A stretch of DNA of 48,822 nt, from the IMG/VR virus record IMGVR_UViG_2541047788_000006; one strand, given 5' to 3'. The position numbers and the translations under genes were made by a program. Within the stretch, counting starts at the first letter, position 1, and every line of letters begins with the position of its first letter. Positions 1 to 14,518 of this stretch are shown here, one piece after another. The stretch comes from a virus (taxonomy: Duplodnaviria > Heunggongvirae > Uroviricota > Caudoviricetes). The notes beneath the pieces were generated by a model. It was not told the origin of the DNA and did not search any database. It saw nothing but the letters and a program-made list of their open reading frames with translations.

Positions 1-1284
1 TTACAGACTTCTTGAAGGTTGCGCAGCTGTTACAACACGCGGTTGATCTTCCGCGGCATCTTCCAGTGCACTTAAATCACGGTCTCTCACTTCTGGCATT
101 TTCAGCGCAGAGATTAAACCAATCACTGAATATGCCATGATCATAATGGCGATCGGATACCAGGATTCCGTCATGGTGCAGAAAATACCCGCCAGGATAG
201 GACCAAAACCGGAAGCGATAAGACCACCAATTTCTTTAGAAATCGCCATCCGGGTAAAGCGGTTTTTACAGCCGAACATTTCTGCCATGGTAATGTTTTC
301 CAGAGCAAATAATCCCAGCACCGCACAGTTATGAATCACAATCAGTGCAACCATAATGGTGCTCGGGGCATAGCTTTTATCTACGATGATAGAAAGCATT
401 GGCCACGCCAGCACAATCGCAGAGGTATTCATAATAATATACGGGATCCGGCGACCTATTTTATCGGATAACCAACCAAGGAACGGAATGGTCATAAAGC
501 CGAGAATCGAACTGATCATCAATGCATCTGTTGGAATTGCTTTGTTAAACAATAACGTCTGCACTAAATAGCCTGCAAGGAAAGTCTGAATTAAACCGGA
601 GTTACCAGCCTGACCAAAACGCAGCCCTGTTGCCAGCCAGAAGGATTTGCTCTGGAACATGCTACCAGCAGGTGCAGGTTTTGCTGTCGGTTGGTTGCTG
701 TCGTTAACCTTCTCAAAGACCGGGCTTTCTTTCAGATTCATACGCAACCAGATAGCAAAGACCATCACGACAACGCTCGCCAGGAACGGTATACGCCATC
801 CCCACGCAAGCAGTTCCTCTTTACTGAGAATGAAGAACATAAAGGCCCAGATTGCCGTTGCGCTCAAGGTTCCGCAGTTAGTCCCCATAGCAACAAATGA
901 GGAGATAATTCCGCGCTTACCTTTTGGTGCATATTCCGCCAGCATCGTGCCGGCACCGGAAATTTCCGCGCCTGCCCCCAGCCCCTGAATAATACGCAGC
1001 GTCACCAGCAAAATTGGCGCAAACACACCAATTTGTGCATAGGTCGGCAGCACACCAATTAAGGTAGTACAGATCCCCATCATAGTGATGGTAATAAAGA
1101 GCACTTTTTTACGCCCGATTCTGTCGCCCATTTTGCCGAAAATAAATGCTCCGACAATACGCGCCACATAACCTGCACCGTAGGTTCCCATTGCCAGAAT
1201 TAACGCCATTGCCGTTGATGATTCAGGAAAAAATATTTCATGAAACACTAACGCTGCGCCGAGCGAATATAACTGGAAATCCAT
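1..1284 (-). CDS. ydfJ: MFS-family metabolite:H+ symporter, apparently 5'-truncated at the prophage junction
   Basis: 427-aa ORF with MFS signature (GDRIGRKK loop, multiple TM segments); the N-terminus begins inside the first TM helix when compared from memory with ShiA/KgtP-type transporters, suggesting ~25 codons are missing. Stop TAA at 1..3. Confidence 0.8.
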   Translation of the reverse strand: MDFQLYSLGAALVFHEIFFPESSTAMALILAMGTYGAGYVARIVGAFIFGKMGDRIGRKKVLFITITMMGICTTLIGVLPTYAQIGVFAPILLVTLRIIQGLGAGAEISGAGTMLAEYAPKGKRGIISSFVAMGTNCGTLSATAIWAFMFFILSKEELLAWGWRIPFLASVVVMVFAIWLRMNLKESPVFEKVNDSNQPTAKPAPAGSMFQSKSFWLATGLRFGQAGNSGLIQTFLAGYLVQTLLFNKAIPTDALMISSILGFMTIPFLGWLSDKIGRRIPYIIMNTSAIVLAWPMLSIIVDKSYAPSTIMVALIVIHNCAVLGLFALENITMAEMFGCKNRFTRMAISKEIGGLIASGFGPILAGIFCTMTESWYPIAIMIMAYSVIGLISALKMPEVRDRDLSALEDAAEDQPRVVTAAQPSRSL

Positions 1285-2036
1285 AATTCACAGGTGTTTT
1301 TTCCCATCCTGTGGTTTCCTTGGCGTTTTCTAGGTTTTTTCAGATAGTTGCATTTTTTAAAAAGCATCCTAAGTTCGATCTCAGTGTCTATCTGGGGCCT
1401 ATTTCTGTCCCATATATGCCCCAAAAAAACTCCCCAACAGATAAGTAGTTTTTTCATGGATTTATGCGTAAAATCAAGAACGGCTGGAAATCATTCAATA
1501 CTCACACTATCGAAAAATTTACCAGCCAACCGCAGCACGTTCTTGCATAAGGCGTGTCTGCGGTTTTTCAACTATTCAGATACATCACTCCCATCACATT
1601 CATTCCTCCGCATCAAAGGCATATAGGCTATATCACCTTGATATTTTTCTTCTTCAGATAAAAACTGTTATCTATGTATACTTTTAAACCCAATCCGTGT
1701 AGAGTCTCTGCATAAGATAGTTTGCAGTTGCCGCTTCAGCTTGCGCCATAAACCGCCTGATTTTTGCTGCCACCTGTTAGCATTCCTGTATACCTGAAAC
1801 GACAATGTTTATCTACGAACTTTAAGAACACCCAAGATAAAAATTGTCAACTATATCATATATAACACATTACTAATTCGAGGCTATATGAACAGCATAC
1901 TGATAATCACTTCTCTCCTTATCATATTCAGCATTTTTAGTCATGCCCTAATAAAATTAGGGATTGGCATATCCAATAACCCAGACAAAACCGATGTATA
2001 AGCCAACATATCCTGAATCAGACATACAATATCGCA

Positions 2037-2303
2037 ATGAAAATCAATAATATTTTAAGGAATATCTTCATGAAATCAAAAGACACCCTAAAGTGGTTCC
2101 CTGCGCAGCTTCCTGAAGTAAGAATTATCCTAGGGGATGCTGTAGTGGAAGTAGCAAAACAGGGAAGACCTATCAATACCAGAACATTGCTTGATTACAT
2201 TGAAGGAAACATAAAGAAAAAATCATGGCTGGATAACAAAGAATTATTACAAACAGCGATATCAGTTCTTAAAGACAACCAAAATTTAAATGGTAAAATG
2301 TAA
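2037..2303 (+). CDS. ydfK: small prophage cold-shock-associated protein YdfK-like
   Basis: 88-aa ORF; position between ydfJ and pin matches Qin gene order. Likely true start is the internal Met at 2070 (MKSKDTLKWF...), giving 77 aa. Confidence 0.6.
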   Translation: MKINNILRNIFMKSKDTLKWFPAQLPEVRIILGDAVVEVAKQGRPINTRTLLDYIEGNIKKKSWLDNKELLQTAISVLKDNQNLNGKM

Positions 2304-3076
2304 TATAATAAACTTACTTTTTTATCATTTTTCCACTTTAACAACATTTTGCTCCACTTTTCCACGACCAAACAACTTGAAATCTGGTTAAAATAACACG
2401 CAACACTATTCTTCTTCCTTGAGTCCGCCCGGAACTCGAAAAACAAACCGAGTTAAAGCCATTTTTCACAAAATCGATTTTGGGTCTCACCAAAATTACG
2501 GGGTTGCATACGCATTCGTTTATTTTCGAACGTGTACATACAAATATGTACAAAAATAATCAAAATTATTTTCTGAGATGCATTATGATATGAACACCAA
2601 TTTCGTATAGAATCTCACTATGTCTCGAATTTTTGCTTACTGTCGGATATCAACGCTGGATCAGACCACCGAAAATCAACGCCGGGAAATCGAAAGTGCA
2701 GGTTTTAAAATCAAACCTCAGCAAATAATCGAAGAACACATTAGCGGCTCAGCAGCAACCAGTGAGCGTCCTGGTTTTAACCGGTTGCTTGCTCGCCTGA
2801 AATGTGGTGATCAATTGATTGTGACAAAACTGGATCGCCTTGGTTGTAATGCAATGGATATCAGGAAAACAGTGGAACAACTGACCGAAACAGGTATCAG
2901 AGTGCATTGCTTAGCATTGGGGGGCATTGACCTGACCAGTCCAACAGGAAAAATGATGATGCAAGTAATTTCAGCAGTCGCTGAATTTGAACGAGACCTT
3001 TTACTTGAACGCACTCATTCCGGGATAGTAAGAGCCCGCGGCGCAGGGAAACGTTTTGGTCGACCACCTGTGTTAA

Positions 3077-4271
<1,195 letters not shown>

Positions 4272-4506
4272 TTAAATGAAGAACAGAAACAGGTGGTATT
4301 CGAACGAATTAAGTCAGGTGTAAGTATAAGTGCCATTGCCCGGGAATTCAAAACCTCGCGGCAAACCATTTTAAGAGCCAAAGCAAAACTTCAGACACCT
4401 GACATATAAAAAATAATCTCGGTGTGAGATGCTTTACGTCTTCCAAGCCCCCTTCCTTGCCGTAAATGGAAAGATACATCTAATTATAGAATTTATATGT
4501 TTTACC

Positions 4507-5082
4507 CTACGGCAGTGCTGGCCATTCAATATCCTGTGCAGTTGACGTATCAACACGGTTCAGCAATACCCGATACTTTTTCCATGCTTCCAGCAACGAG
4601 ATTTCTTCCTCCGTTGCAATTTCCAGATCTGCAGCATCCTGAAGCGGCGCAATATGCTCACTGGCTACCTGCATCAGGTTGTTTTTTGTTTCTTCCGCCT
4701 CCCGGATCCGGAACAGTTTTTCTGCTTCCGTATCCTTCACCCAGGCTGTGCCGTTCCACTTCTGAAACTCCCCTTCCGGGGATAACCAGGTGACATTTTC
4801 CGGTAATGGGCCAAGTTCAGAAATAAATAACGCGTCGCCGGAAGCCACGTCATAGACGGTTTTACCCCGATGATCTTCAACGAGATGCCACGATGCCTCA
4901 TCACTGTTGAAAACAGCCACGAAGCCAGCCGGAATATCTGGCGGTGCAATATCGGTACTGTTTGCTGGCAGACCTGTATGAGGCGGAATATATGCGTCAC
5001 CTTCACCAATAAATTCATTAGTTCCTGCCAGCAGATTATAAATTTTTATGGTCCGTGGTTGTTCACTCATTCTGAATGCCAT
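4507..5082 (-). CDS. tfa: tail fiber assembly protein (Tfa)
   Basis: 191-aa ORF with the Tfa-family N-terminus ([35 protein letters not shown]); immediately downstream of stf. Its first ATG overlaps the stf stop (TAATG), with an alternative ATG at 5070. Confidence 0.85.
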   Translation of the reverse strand: MAFRMSEQPRTIKIYNLLAGTNEFIGEGDAYIPPHTGLPANSTDIAPPDIPAGFVAVFNSDEASWHLVEDHRGKTVYDVASGDALFISELGPLPENVTWLSPEGEFQKWNGTAWVKDTEAEKLFRIREAEETKNNLMQVASEHIAPLQDAADLEIATEEEISLLEAWKKYRVLLNRVDTSTAQDIEWPALP

Positions 5083-7997
5083 TATGCAAGCCTCACAATG
5101 TAGTTAAATGCGATGTTTTTGACAGTGTTTTCCGCGTTACCAGCAGCGTTAACGGTGATGGTGTGTCCATGTGAGCCAATCGCAACAGAGTGCGTATGAG
5201 CACCAATACCGACAGTATGTGCGTGAGCACCTGCAGATGCAGCTGTGCCGCTGACACTATGAGTGTGCGCTCCTGCAGCACTTGTATTCACACTGGCCGC
5301 AGACACTACCTTATGTACTGACCCATTTTGTGACCACTGGCTGACTGCTGATGCGCCTGTGACACTATGAGTATGGTTTCCGGCACTTGCGGCTGTACCG
5401 CTCACACTGTGCGTATGCGCCCCGGTGTTATTCGTGGATTTAGTGCCGTAATCAAACGACGATGTGGTTTTCGTCCCCAAATCCGTACTGGATGCACTGG
5501 CGCTGTGGGTGTGCGATTTAATGCCGTCCTGTTCCTGAGACAATACGGCCCGACCACTGGCAGGTTTGCCCTTAATCGTCCAGCCACGCATATCAGGGAT
5601 CACGCCTGACGGATAAGCGGTTGCAAGTTTCGGGTAAGCGGATTTGTCAAAAGTCTGCCCCTGCATCAGGGCATAACCAGACGGAACGGTATCTGATGGC
5701 CACGGGATTGGTGCGCCAGGCGGATAAAACTGCTCTGATGGCGTATAGAGTGAATAAACTGTACCGTCCGTTAACCCTTCCGGCTTATTAGCAGAATATG
5801 CTGGTGACGTATGAATAGTCACGCTGGCATTACTGGTATAATCCCATTGAATATTTACACCAGTCGCATAATTTCCGATTGCAACGTAAATATCGTAAGT
5901 ATCACCAGATGTATTGACCCAGGCAAAATTTGTAAACCCTGTCGATGTGCGCTGCCATAAAGCACCAGTAATCCCCTTCGGATTACCATTACCTGCACGC
6001 AAAACAAGTTCAGATATACCTGCCTGTTGAGGTGACCCCACGTTAAATCCCGCGCCACCAATCAACGTAATTGAAACAACAGAACTCGCCTGTGGCATGG
6101 TTACCGTTGCTAATTTGAACCAACCAGCACCACCGCTGAATGACATTGTTGTTGAGTTAAGCGTACCAATATCTTTCGGCGTCAGTGTTATATCCGCTGA
6201 AAGCGCCTTACCATTCACCTTACGGGCAGAAGGTACCCGACCATTCGCATTATCATTAGCTGCTTTCACTGCTTTCGGTGTCGCGGCAAGCGTTTCAGAT
6301 GCGCTGTTGGTTGCACTACTGAGCTGGACAATTCCTTTTTGTGCTGTCGTAGCGTCCTGAGCAGTATATTTCCCGTTAGCAAGGTCATAGGCTGCCTTTA
6401 CCGACTTTGGCGTTGCCGCCAGCATTTCAGATGTGCTGTTGGTCGCGCTGCTGAGCTGAACTATCCCTTTTTGTGCTGTCGTTGCATCCTGTGCGGTGTA
6501 TTTCCCGTTAGCCAGCTCATACGCGGCCTTAACGGCTTTTGGCGTTGCCGCCAGTGACTCGGAAGTGCTGTTAGTCGCACTGCTGAGCTGTACTATCCCC
6601 TTTTTCGTCGTGCTCGCATCCTCAAGCGCCACGGCGGATGCAATATCCTCTGCCCGTTTTGCCGCTGTCTCGGCGCGCGTTGCCGCGGATTCCGCCGTAC
6701 TTTTGCTCTGAGCTGCCGCCGTCGCACTGCCAGCTGCCTCTGTCGCCTTCGTGGATGCCGTCGTGGCGCTGCCCTTTGCTGCTGACGCCTGTCTGGTCGC
6801 CTCATCTTTTGAAGCAGACGCAGATGATGCCGATGACGCCGCCGAACTGGCGGACGATGCGGCAGCCGTTTTTGAGGATTCTGCGCTGGTTTCCGACGCT
6901 TTCGCGTTCGTCTCGGATGTCTTCGCTGCGGAAGCAGACCTCGCTGCTGCGCTGGCCTGTTCAGTGGCTTCGCCAGCCTTCGTTGTGGCTGTTGAAGCGG
7001 ACGATGCGGCGCTTTCTGCCGATTTTCCGGCAGCGGTGGCACTGGCTGAGGCCTGCCCGGCACTTGTTGACGCGGCACTGGCAGACGACGCAGCCGCTGT
7101 TTTTGAGCCTGCCGCAGCTGAGGCGCTCTGTCCCGCTGCCGTCTCAGAAGACCTGGCGTTCGTCTCGGACGTTTTTGCCGCCTTCGCGGAATTTGCTGCC
7201 GCCGTTGCCGAGGAAGCTGCGCTACTGGCGCTCGAGGATGCGTTCGTTTCTGATGATTTTGCCGCCTCTTTTGAAGCCGACGCATCCCGGGCTGAGGTGG
7301 CAGCTTCTGACGCTTTCGTGGTCGCGGTGGATGCAGAAGTGGCGGCTGATTGTTGTGACGCTGCAGCATTCGTTTCTGACGTTTTCGCGGCAGCGGCACT
7401 GGTAGCTGCCGCGCTTTTTGAGGACTCTGCAGCGGCAGCACTTTTTTCCGCTTCAGTGGCCTTTGTTGATGCCGTTCCTGCGCTGGAAGACGCTGACTGA
7501 GCCGACGAAGCGGCCTGTCCGGCTGACGTGCTGGCTGCACGTGCTGAATCTGCAGCATCAGTCGCATGGGTTGCCGCCTCACGGGCAGATGTGCCGGCAT
7601 CACTGGCTGACTTCTTCGCGGCTGCCGTGTTCTGTGCCACCACGGACGCGTTACGCGCCACCTCTTCCACCATCTGTTCAAAACGGCGCAGTGCCTCCGG
7701 ACGGGCATCATCCTCCGTCATGGCACCGAGAAAATCATTCAGCGTACCGGGTTGAGAATCTTCATACACGGTGATGGTCCCGGCATGTGACGGCGGGAAT
7801 CCTTCCACCAACAGAATAACGCTGTACTGCCCGTACTCAACGTCCATGCTGTAACGCCCGGCTTCATCCGGATTTTCTGAGGCCAGCGTGTTCACCACCA
7901 CCGTGGTGCTGTTACGTTTTGCTTTCAGCTGGATTGTGCAGTTCTGTACCGGTTTTCCTGTGCCGTCTTTCAGTACACCTGAAATCTTTACTGCCAT
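5082..7997 (-). CDS. stf: side tail fiber protein (Stf)
   Basis: N-terminus [26 protein letters not shown] resembles lambda Stf; long Ala/Ser/Thr-rich segment, three 44-aa tandem repeats and C-terminal His-x-His repeats. Start taken at ATG 7997 (the ORF track begins at the upstream GTG 8003). Confidence 0.9.
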   Translation of the reverse strand: MAVKISGVLKDGTGKPVQNCTIQLKAKRNSTTVVVNTLASENPDEAGRYSMDVEYGQYSVILLVEGFPPSHAGTITVYEDSQPGTLNDFLGAMTEDDARPEALRRFEQMVEEVARNASVVAQNTAAAKKSASDAGTSAREAATHATDAADSARAASTSAGQAASSAQSASSSAGTASTKATEAEKSAAAAESSKSAAATSAAAAKTSETNAAASQQSAATSASTATTKASEAATSARDASASKEAAKSSETNASSSASSAASSATAAANSAKAAKTSETNARSSETAAGQSASAAAGSKTAAASSASAASTSAGQASASATAAGKSAESAASSASTATTKAGEATEQASAAARSASAAKTSETNAKASETSAESSKTAAASSASSAASSASSASASKDEATRQASAAKGSATTASTKATEAAGSATAAAQSKSTAESAATRAETAAKRAEDIASAVALEDASTTKKGIVQLSSATNSTSESLAATPKAVKAAYELANGKYTAQDATTAQKGIVQLSSATNSTSEMLAATPKSVKAAYDLANGKYTAQDATTAQKGIVQLSSATNSASETLAATPKAVKAANDNANGRVPSARKVNGKALSADITLTPKDIGTLNSTTMSFSGGAGWFKLATVTMPQASSVVSITLIGGAGFNVGSPQQAGISELVLRAGNGNPKGITGALWQRTSTGFTNFAWVNTSGDTYDIYVAIGNYATGVNIQWDYTSNASVTIHTSPAYSANKPEGLTDGTVYSLYTPSEQFYPPGAPIPWPSDTVPSGYALMQGQTFDKSAYPKLATAYPSGVIPDMRGWTIKGKPASGRAVLSQEQDGIKSHTHSASASSTDLGTKTTSSFDYGTKSTNNTGAHTHSVSGTAASAGNHTHSVTGASAVSQWSQNGSVHKVVSAASVNTSAAGAHTHSVSGTAASAGAHAHTVGIGAHTHSVAIGSHGHTITVNAAGNAENTVKNIAFNYIVRLA
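6250..6700. repeat. three in-frame tandem 132-bp repeats inside stf
   Basis: Repeat units begin at 6301, 6433 and 6565 (period 132 bp) and encode the 44-aa unit [44 protein letters not shown] three times. Confidence 0.75.
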
Positions 7998-8007
7998 ATT
8001 CACCCCA

Positions 8008-8036
8008 CAAAAAAGCCCGCCTGAACCGGCGGGCTG
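8008..8036 (-). terminator. rho-independent terminator downstream of lom
   Basis: Minus-strand GC stem AGCCCGCC / GGCGGGCT with 6-nt loop followed by a U6 run; sits between the lom stop and the stf start. Confidence 0.55.
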
Positions 8037-8061
8037 TCATAACACTGTGTTACCTGGCTAA

Positions 8062-8661
8062 TCAGAACTTATAACCGACACCCACGATGAAACCGTCAGT
8101 GCGCCAGTCGCCACTGCCGGAGCCTTCATAAGCAATATCAATGGCCACGGATTCGGTCGGGTTAAACTGCACGCCAGCTCCCCACGCCAGAGACGTGTTG
8201 CTGTGGCGACCGTCATCACTTCCGGTCAGCACGTCGTGCGTTTTCCCCTTGTTGTCAGTTACGCGGAGATAATCCCCGGAGAAAGTCGACACACGGCTGT
8301 AAGCCATACCCGCCATCGCATACGCGCTGAACCATTCATTCACGCGCACAGACGGCCCCACCATCACGCTGAACCAGCGGTTACGCACGGAATCTTCATG
8401 CCAGCGGGTATCGCTGTAACGGGTAAGCTGGCGATTCTTGTCTCCTGCATAGCTGAATGACGTCACCAGCCCCAGTGTGTCCGTAAACTCATAACGGTAT
8501 TTCACGTTAATCCCGTTCAGATCATCACTGCCGGGAACGTTCGTCCGGGCATGAAGATACCCCGCGCTCAGCGTGGACTGATGTTCAGACGCCCATGCAG
8601 GCGCACCGGATACGGCCAGACAAATGGCTGCGGACAAAATGGCGGCATAAAGTTTACGCAT
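8062..8661 (-). CDS. lom: Lom/Ail-family outer membrane beta-barrel protein
   Basis: 199-aa ORF with signal peptide ([24 protein letters not shown]) and C-terminal ...GVGYKF typical of the Ail/Lom/OmpX family; occupies the lambda lom position after J. Confidence 0.9.
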
Positions 8662-8684
8662 AATTACCTCTCGCTTTTCTGCAA

Positions 8685-8710
8685 TAAAAAAGGCGTCATT
8701 TCTGACGCCC
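8685..8710 (-). terminator. rho-independent terminator between J and lom
   Basis: Minus-strand stem GGCGTCA / TGACGCC with 4-nt loop followed by UUUUUUAUU. Confidence 0.55.
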
Positions 8711-8727
8711 GTTCTGGGTTATAAAAT

Positions 8728-12129
<3,402 letters not shown>

Positions 12130-12186
12130 TCACGCTCCATAAACGATAAAACCGCCCGGAGGCGGTTTCACATAAAACATTTTGCA

Positions 12187-12834
12187 TCAGCGACCAATCA
12201 CCACAACCTGACCACCATCCCCTTCGTCTGCCGTGCTGATCTCCTGAGAAACCACACGTGACCCCACGCGCATTTCACCGTACAGAACAGGCAGAACATT
12301 GCCCTGGGCAACCATGTTATCCAGTGAGGAGAAATAGGTGTTCTGTTTGCCGTTATCTGTACTGGCTGCCGTGGGCGTCCTGGCTTTCGGTGCCAGCATC
12401 TGCGCCACTCCGCCCAGGATCATACTGGCCCCTGCCGCATACATGCCCGATACAGCCGCGGCCCCCAGCCAGCCCACAGGGTTCCACCATGCCACCGCAA
12501 TCAGCGCCGCCCCAAGCACCACCTGAAACACACCGCCACTTTTAGCTCCCGCCAGACGCGGCACGATGTGGATCACGGCACCATTTGCCAGCGGCTCATT
12601 AAGACGGGCAGATAATTCATTTTCGCCTGCATCACGCCCGGCAATGCGCACCTGATACCAGCCCTCATTCAGTTTCTGACGAAACACCGGGAGCTGTGTG
12701 GCCAGTGCCCGGATGGCTTCAGCCCCCGTTTTCACACGAAGGTCGATACGGCGACCAAATCGTTGCAAATCCCCGTAAAGGCAGATGCGTGCCATGCCCG
12801 GTGACGCCAGAGGGAGTGTGTGCGTCGCTGCCAT
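12187..12834 (-). CDS. I: tail assembly protein I
   Basis: 215 aa, MAATHTLPLASPGMARICLYGDLQRFGRRIDLRV... with Gly/Ala-rich hydrophobic stretch; lambda gpI-like; overlaps the end of K as in lambda. Confidence 0.85.
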   Translation of the reverse strand: MAATHTLPLASPGMARICLYGDLQRFGRRIDLRVKTGAEAIRALATQLPVFRQKLNEGWYQVRIAGRDAGENELSARLNEPLANGAVIHIVPRLAGAKSGGVFQVVLGAALIAVAWWNPVGWLGAAAVSGMYAAGASMILGGVAQMLAPKARTPTAASTDNGKQNTYFSSLDNMVAQGNVLPVLYGEMRVGSRVVSQEISTADEGDGGQVVVIGR

Positions 12835-13484
12835 TTGTCGGTGTACCTCTCTCGTTTACTCAGTTGTTCAGGAATATGGTGCAGCAGCTCGCCGTCGCCA
12901 CAGTAAATGGCGGCATGATTCGGCACCGATGAACCAAAACAGCACAGCAGCACATCGCCCGGCTGGGCCGCTGACAACGGCACCTGATACAACCCCGTTG
13001 CCTCCATATTATCCAGATAGAGATTCTGGCCGTGACGCCACCAGTCATCCCCGCGATGAAAATCCGGCATCTCAATTCCCGCCAGATGGTAAGCGTCCCG
13101 GAACAGCGTGTAACAGTCCGTCACCCCGTGCTCAAAGCGCCGCCCGGTGAGATGCGGCACACAGCGGAATTTATGAATCGCCCCCCGGCAGACCAGCCAC
13201 CACGGCAAATCACTCTGCACCTGCAGCCGCCGGTCGGCCTCACTCAGCCAGGGCAGACCACCGGGGTGGCTGTGGACCAGCGCCACAATCTCTCCCTGCA
13301 TTTCTGCACTCAGCCAGTCCTCCGGCGACATCCGGAAATACGCCTCCGGCTCACCAGAGATATTCACGCAGGGAAAATATCTTTCCCCCTCCGGTGTTCT
13401 CACCACGAAGCCGCACGACTCCGCTGGCGCACATCGCCGGGCGTGCGCCAGAATCGCTGATTCTGTCTCTGTCATGGGATTCAC
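12732..13484 (-). CDS. K: tail assembly protein K (JAB/MPN + NlpC/P60-like)
   Basis: 250-aa ORF with HSHP...SEAD JAB-type metal-binding motif and a downstream Cys/His region; lambda gpK-like; start may be internal. Confidence 0.8.
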   Translation of the reverse strand: MNPMTETESAILAHARRCAPAESCGFVVRTPEGERYFPCVNISGEPEAYFRMSPEDWLSAEMQGEIVALVHSHPGGLPWLSEADRRLQVQSDLPWWLVCRGAIHKFRCVPHLTGRRFEHGVTDCYTLFRDAYHLAGIEMPDFHRGDDWWRHGQNLYLDNMEATGLYQVPLSAAQPGDVLLCCFGSSVPNHAAIYCGDGELLHHIPEQLSKRERYTDKWQRRTHSLWRHRAWHASAFTGICNDLVAVSTFV

Positions 13485-14179
13485 TGCGAAAGTTTGTTAA
13501 TGGAAAGGAAGCCGCCAAAGTTGCCGACGTTATTGCGAAACTTACAGCCGCTCAGGCATTTGCTGCATTTATCCTTCGTGATATCGGACGTCGGCTGATC
13601 ATATTCATCCGCGACCGCCGGACCGTGATAACCGCACTCGTCACCGCGATAGGTCCAGGTGCAGGTGTTGGCCAGCATGATGCGCCCCGGAAAAACGGCA
13701 CCGTCCGTTTCCGTCGGCGTGGACAGTACAAAAGAGGCACTCACCGCGCTCAGTTCGCTGCACTGCTCGATGCGCCAGCGGCTGATCACCTCCTGCTCAG
13801 GATCGGCGTCACTGTTTCCGTTGACGAAGTTCACCGCATCCAGAAAACGGGCGTAAACCTTACGCCTGACCACCGTTCCGCCGACCAGACTCTGCAGATC
13901 TTCCGCCATCCCGGTGACCATGCCGTGCAGGTTAGAAACCGTCAGTGTCGGACGGGCAGCACTGCCCTTGCCATTCAGTTCAAATCCCGTCCCCTGAATG
14001 GGGTATGCCTGATACTGCCGCCCCTGCCAGGTAACCGGCTCACCTTTTTCGTTCTGCTCATTACAGAAAAAATAACGTTCACCACCGACCTCTGTCAGAT
14101 CGATTTCCCAGAGCACCACCTGGGCTGACTGAGTGAGGCGTGTCGTCTCATGATGTGTTTCCTGTGGAATATCCTGCAT
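13481..14179 (-). CDS. L: minor tail protein L
   Basis: 232 aa, same length as lambda gpL; C-terminal Cys cluster (CSKCLSGCKF); position between M and K. Confidence 0.9.
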   Translation of the reverse strand: MQDIPQETHHETTRLTQSAQVVLWEIDLTEVGGERYFFCNEQNEKGEPVTWQGRQYQAYPIQGTGFELNGKGSAARPTLTVSNLHGMVTGMAEDLQSLVGGTVVRRKVYARFLDAVNFVNGNSDADPEQEVISRWRIEQCSELSAVSASFVLSTPTETDGAVFPGRIMLANTCTWTYRGDECGYHGPAVADEYDQPTSDITKDKCSKCLSGCKFRNNVGNFGGFLSINKLSQ

Positions 14180-14188
14180 CAGAGCCTC

Positions 14189-14518
14189 CTATGCCACGAC
14201 CTGTTCAAAATCTGCCGTTATGGTTACCCACAACGCCCCCACGCTTGCCGACCATTTACGACAAACCACCCTGATCGGCTTCCAGTCATAAGGTGGCGTC
14301 CACTGAAATGCGCGGACGCCACCGTGCCGTTCCAGAAAGGCTTTTAAAGATGGGTGTTCACATTTACGAACACGTATCGTCACGCTGTAAGTCGACAACT
14401 GGTTATTCAGTCCCGCCGCACGACGCTGTTCATAACCATCGCCAAGCTTCACTGTCACCACTTTCGGCTCTGATACCACATTCATATCCGGGCGCACTTT
14501 CCAGTGAAACGTCTCCAT
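14189..14518 (-). CDS. M: minor tail protein M
   Basis: 109 aa, lambda gpM-like sequence and position directly downstream of H. Confidence 0.9.
   Translation of the reverse strand: METFHWKVRPDMNVVSEPKVVTVKLGDGYEQRRAAGLNNQLSTYSVTIRVRKCEHPSLKAFLERHGGVRAFQWTPPYDWKPIRVVCRKWSASVGALWVTITADFEQVVA

Noticed and set aside
1348-1626. 92-aa plus-strand ORF in the ydfJ/ydfK intergenic region
   Set aside because: AT-rich likely junction/promoter region, low-complexity translation, no ribosome-binding site; considered non-coding.
4310-4345. Partial similarity (AAAACCTCG…) to gix/hix invertase crossover sites inside the pin C-terminal coding region
   Set aside because: Match is short and lies inside the coding sequence for the HTH domain rather than at a segment boundary; likely coincidental.
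6593-7711. 372-aa Arg/Pro/Gln-rich ORF on the minus strand, plus plus-strand ORFs 6638..7405 and 6751..7500, inside stf
   Set aside because: They lie in alternative frames or antisense to the Ala/Ser/Thr-rich low-complexity region of stf; the codon-repeat structure creates long stop-free frames. No independent start signals; considered artefacts.
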